Below are positions 35,846 through 37,277 of a stretch of 37,277 nt of DNA, piece by piece. The translations under genes were made by a program, and so were the position numbers. The notes beneath the pieces were generated by a model that had not been told where the DNA came from, did not search any database, and saw only the letters and a program-made list of their open reading frames with translations. Position 1 is the first letter of the stretch, and each line of letters starts with the position of its first letter. Source of the stretch: Octopus bimaculoides (taxonomy: Eukaryota); NCBI RefSeq assembly GCF_001194135.2, contig NC_068983.1, positions 36,112,772 to 36,150,048 on the forward strand, written 5' to 3'.

Positions 35846-36076
35846 TCTTCTCTGGACATCACATGATGGTTGTAAATAAATATCATCATCATACAAGCTG
35901 GCTTGTTCATTTTCAGTCTGCCATGAAAAACATGCCTGGCCATTGGGAAATATTTGCTTTCTTGGAAATAGCTGTAGAAAATCTGACTCAACAAATTCTG
36001 TTTGATCTATGCAAGCATGGAAAAGTAGACATTAAATGATGATGATGATCTGTTTAAATTGCAATGATGTTTATAT

Positions 36077-36465
36077 ACTCTTTTACTTGTTTCAGCCATT
36101 TGACTGCAGCCATGCTGGAGCACCACCTTTAGTAAAGCAAATTGACCCCAGGACTTATTCTTTGGAAGCCTAGTACTTATTCTATTGGTCTCTTTCGCCG
36201 AACCACTAAGTTACAGGGACGTAAACACACCACCATTGGTTGTCAAGCAATGCTGGGGGGACAAACACAGACACACAAACATACATATATATACACATAT
36301 ATACGACGGGCTTCTTTCAGTTTCCATCTACCAAATCCACTCACAAGGTTTTGGTTGGCCCGAGGCTATAGTAAAAGACACTCGCCCAAGGTGCCATGCA
36401 CTGGGAATGAACCTGGAACCGTGTGGTTGGTAAGCAAGCTATTTACCACACAGCCACTCCTGCAC
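36077..36465 (-). mobile_element. Main-family SINE
   Basis: Near-complete similarity to 6073-6468. Confidence 0.85.
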
Positions 36466-36717
36466 CTATATCTTGATATTTAATGATTGTGATGAAGAAA
36501 GAAACCTTGACCATGCCAGTTAGATAAGACTGGAACTTGTACGAGACAAAATACTTTCATTTTAAGCCTATTGTTGTTTAGTGTCAAGTTAGCTCAGATC
36601 AAGTCAAGTAAAGTTACAATCAAAAACATTCAAGGCCATAAATCACTCCATCTTATTTTTGAGAAGAGAGATCCAATGGGTACTTTATTCAGTGTGTTCC
36701 TTTTGTTCCAGTGTGCA

Positions 36718-36901
36718 CAAGGGGGTACTGAAAAGTTCCTGGCTTTAAGGGTATCGTGAAAGGCCAGGACTTAGAAAAACTGAAGGACTGCTGCAGCAGT
36801 TATGTGAATCTGAGAAGGGAATATGTTGAATAGAATCATAATTAACTGATCTGCCTGTATTTTCTTTTACTCAAAGCCAGGAACTTTTTAGTACCCCCTT
36901 G
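36718..36901. mobile_element. mariner-derived MITE
   Basis: 29-bp TIRs caagggggtactgaaaagttcctggcttt / aaagccaggaactttttagtacccccttg; TA on the right, CA on the left. Confidence 0.85.
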
Positions 36902-37164
36902 TATAAGGGAGATGTAGCATCTGTCTCTAGCAGGTTCGGTCTATGCAGAGGCTCCCTCATCAAAACAGTTTTCTCTATGATGATGATTTCATCATTGTCA
37001 TCTTTTAATGTCCACTTTTCCATGCTTGCATGGGTCAGATGAATTTTGTTGAGGCGGATATTCTATGACAAGACACATTGTCACAGAATATTGGAAATTA
37101 ATGACACTGCTTGTATGACAATGACACTCATTTACAACTATTACACAATGTCAAGACAAGGAGA

Positions 37165-37235
37165 CACAAACACACACACACTATGTATGTATGTATATAC
37201 ATATATATATATATGTATGTATGTATATACATATA

Positions 37236-37277
<42 letters not shown>
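37165..37277. repeat. (CA)/(TATG)/(TA)n microsatellite running to the window end
   Basis: Directly visible. Confidence 0.95.

Overview
AT-rich, repeat-dense eukaryotic DNA with four N-gaps. The SINE, MITE and RTE families and the (TA)n/(CA)n/(GAT)n microsatellites suggest an octopus or other coleoid cephalopod (inference). The window covers the 5' half of a multi-exon minus-strand gene. Small exons at 5077-5127, 3150-3203, 2006-2107 and 986-1227, mostly missed by the ORF track, splice in frame into the first cold-shock domain of a DIS3-family exoribonuclease (GEIRINPKDYKDCYVPHP-DGHSDIYICGTKNRNSALNGDLVLVL...WK), most like DIS3L2. A phase-compatible chain of further candidate exons runs up to about 30 kb and would add a roughly 500-aa N-terminal region with no recognisable PIN domain. 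The catalytic RNB domain would lie beyond the left edge. The introns are filled with tRNA-derived SINEs, 3' ends of an RTE LINE whose 3' UTR carries a 61-66 bp minisatellite, and mariner, pogo/Tigger, hAT and TTAA (piggyBac-like) elements. The most striking structures are: a TTAA MITE that has captured a copy of the adjacent host exon; a four-level nested insertion containing a 185-bp higher-order repeat; a second degenerate exon duplicate; and two candidate frameshifting cassette exons. Upstream exon calls rest only on splice signals, open frames and phase consistency. Repeat boundaries are approximate.
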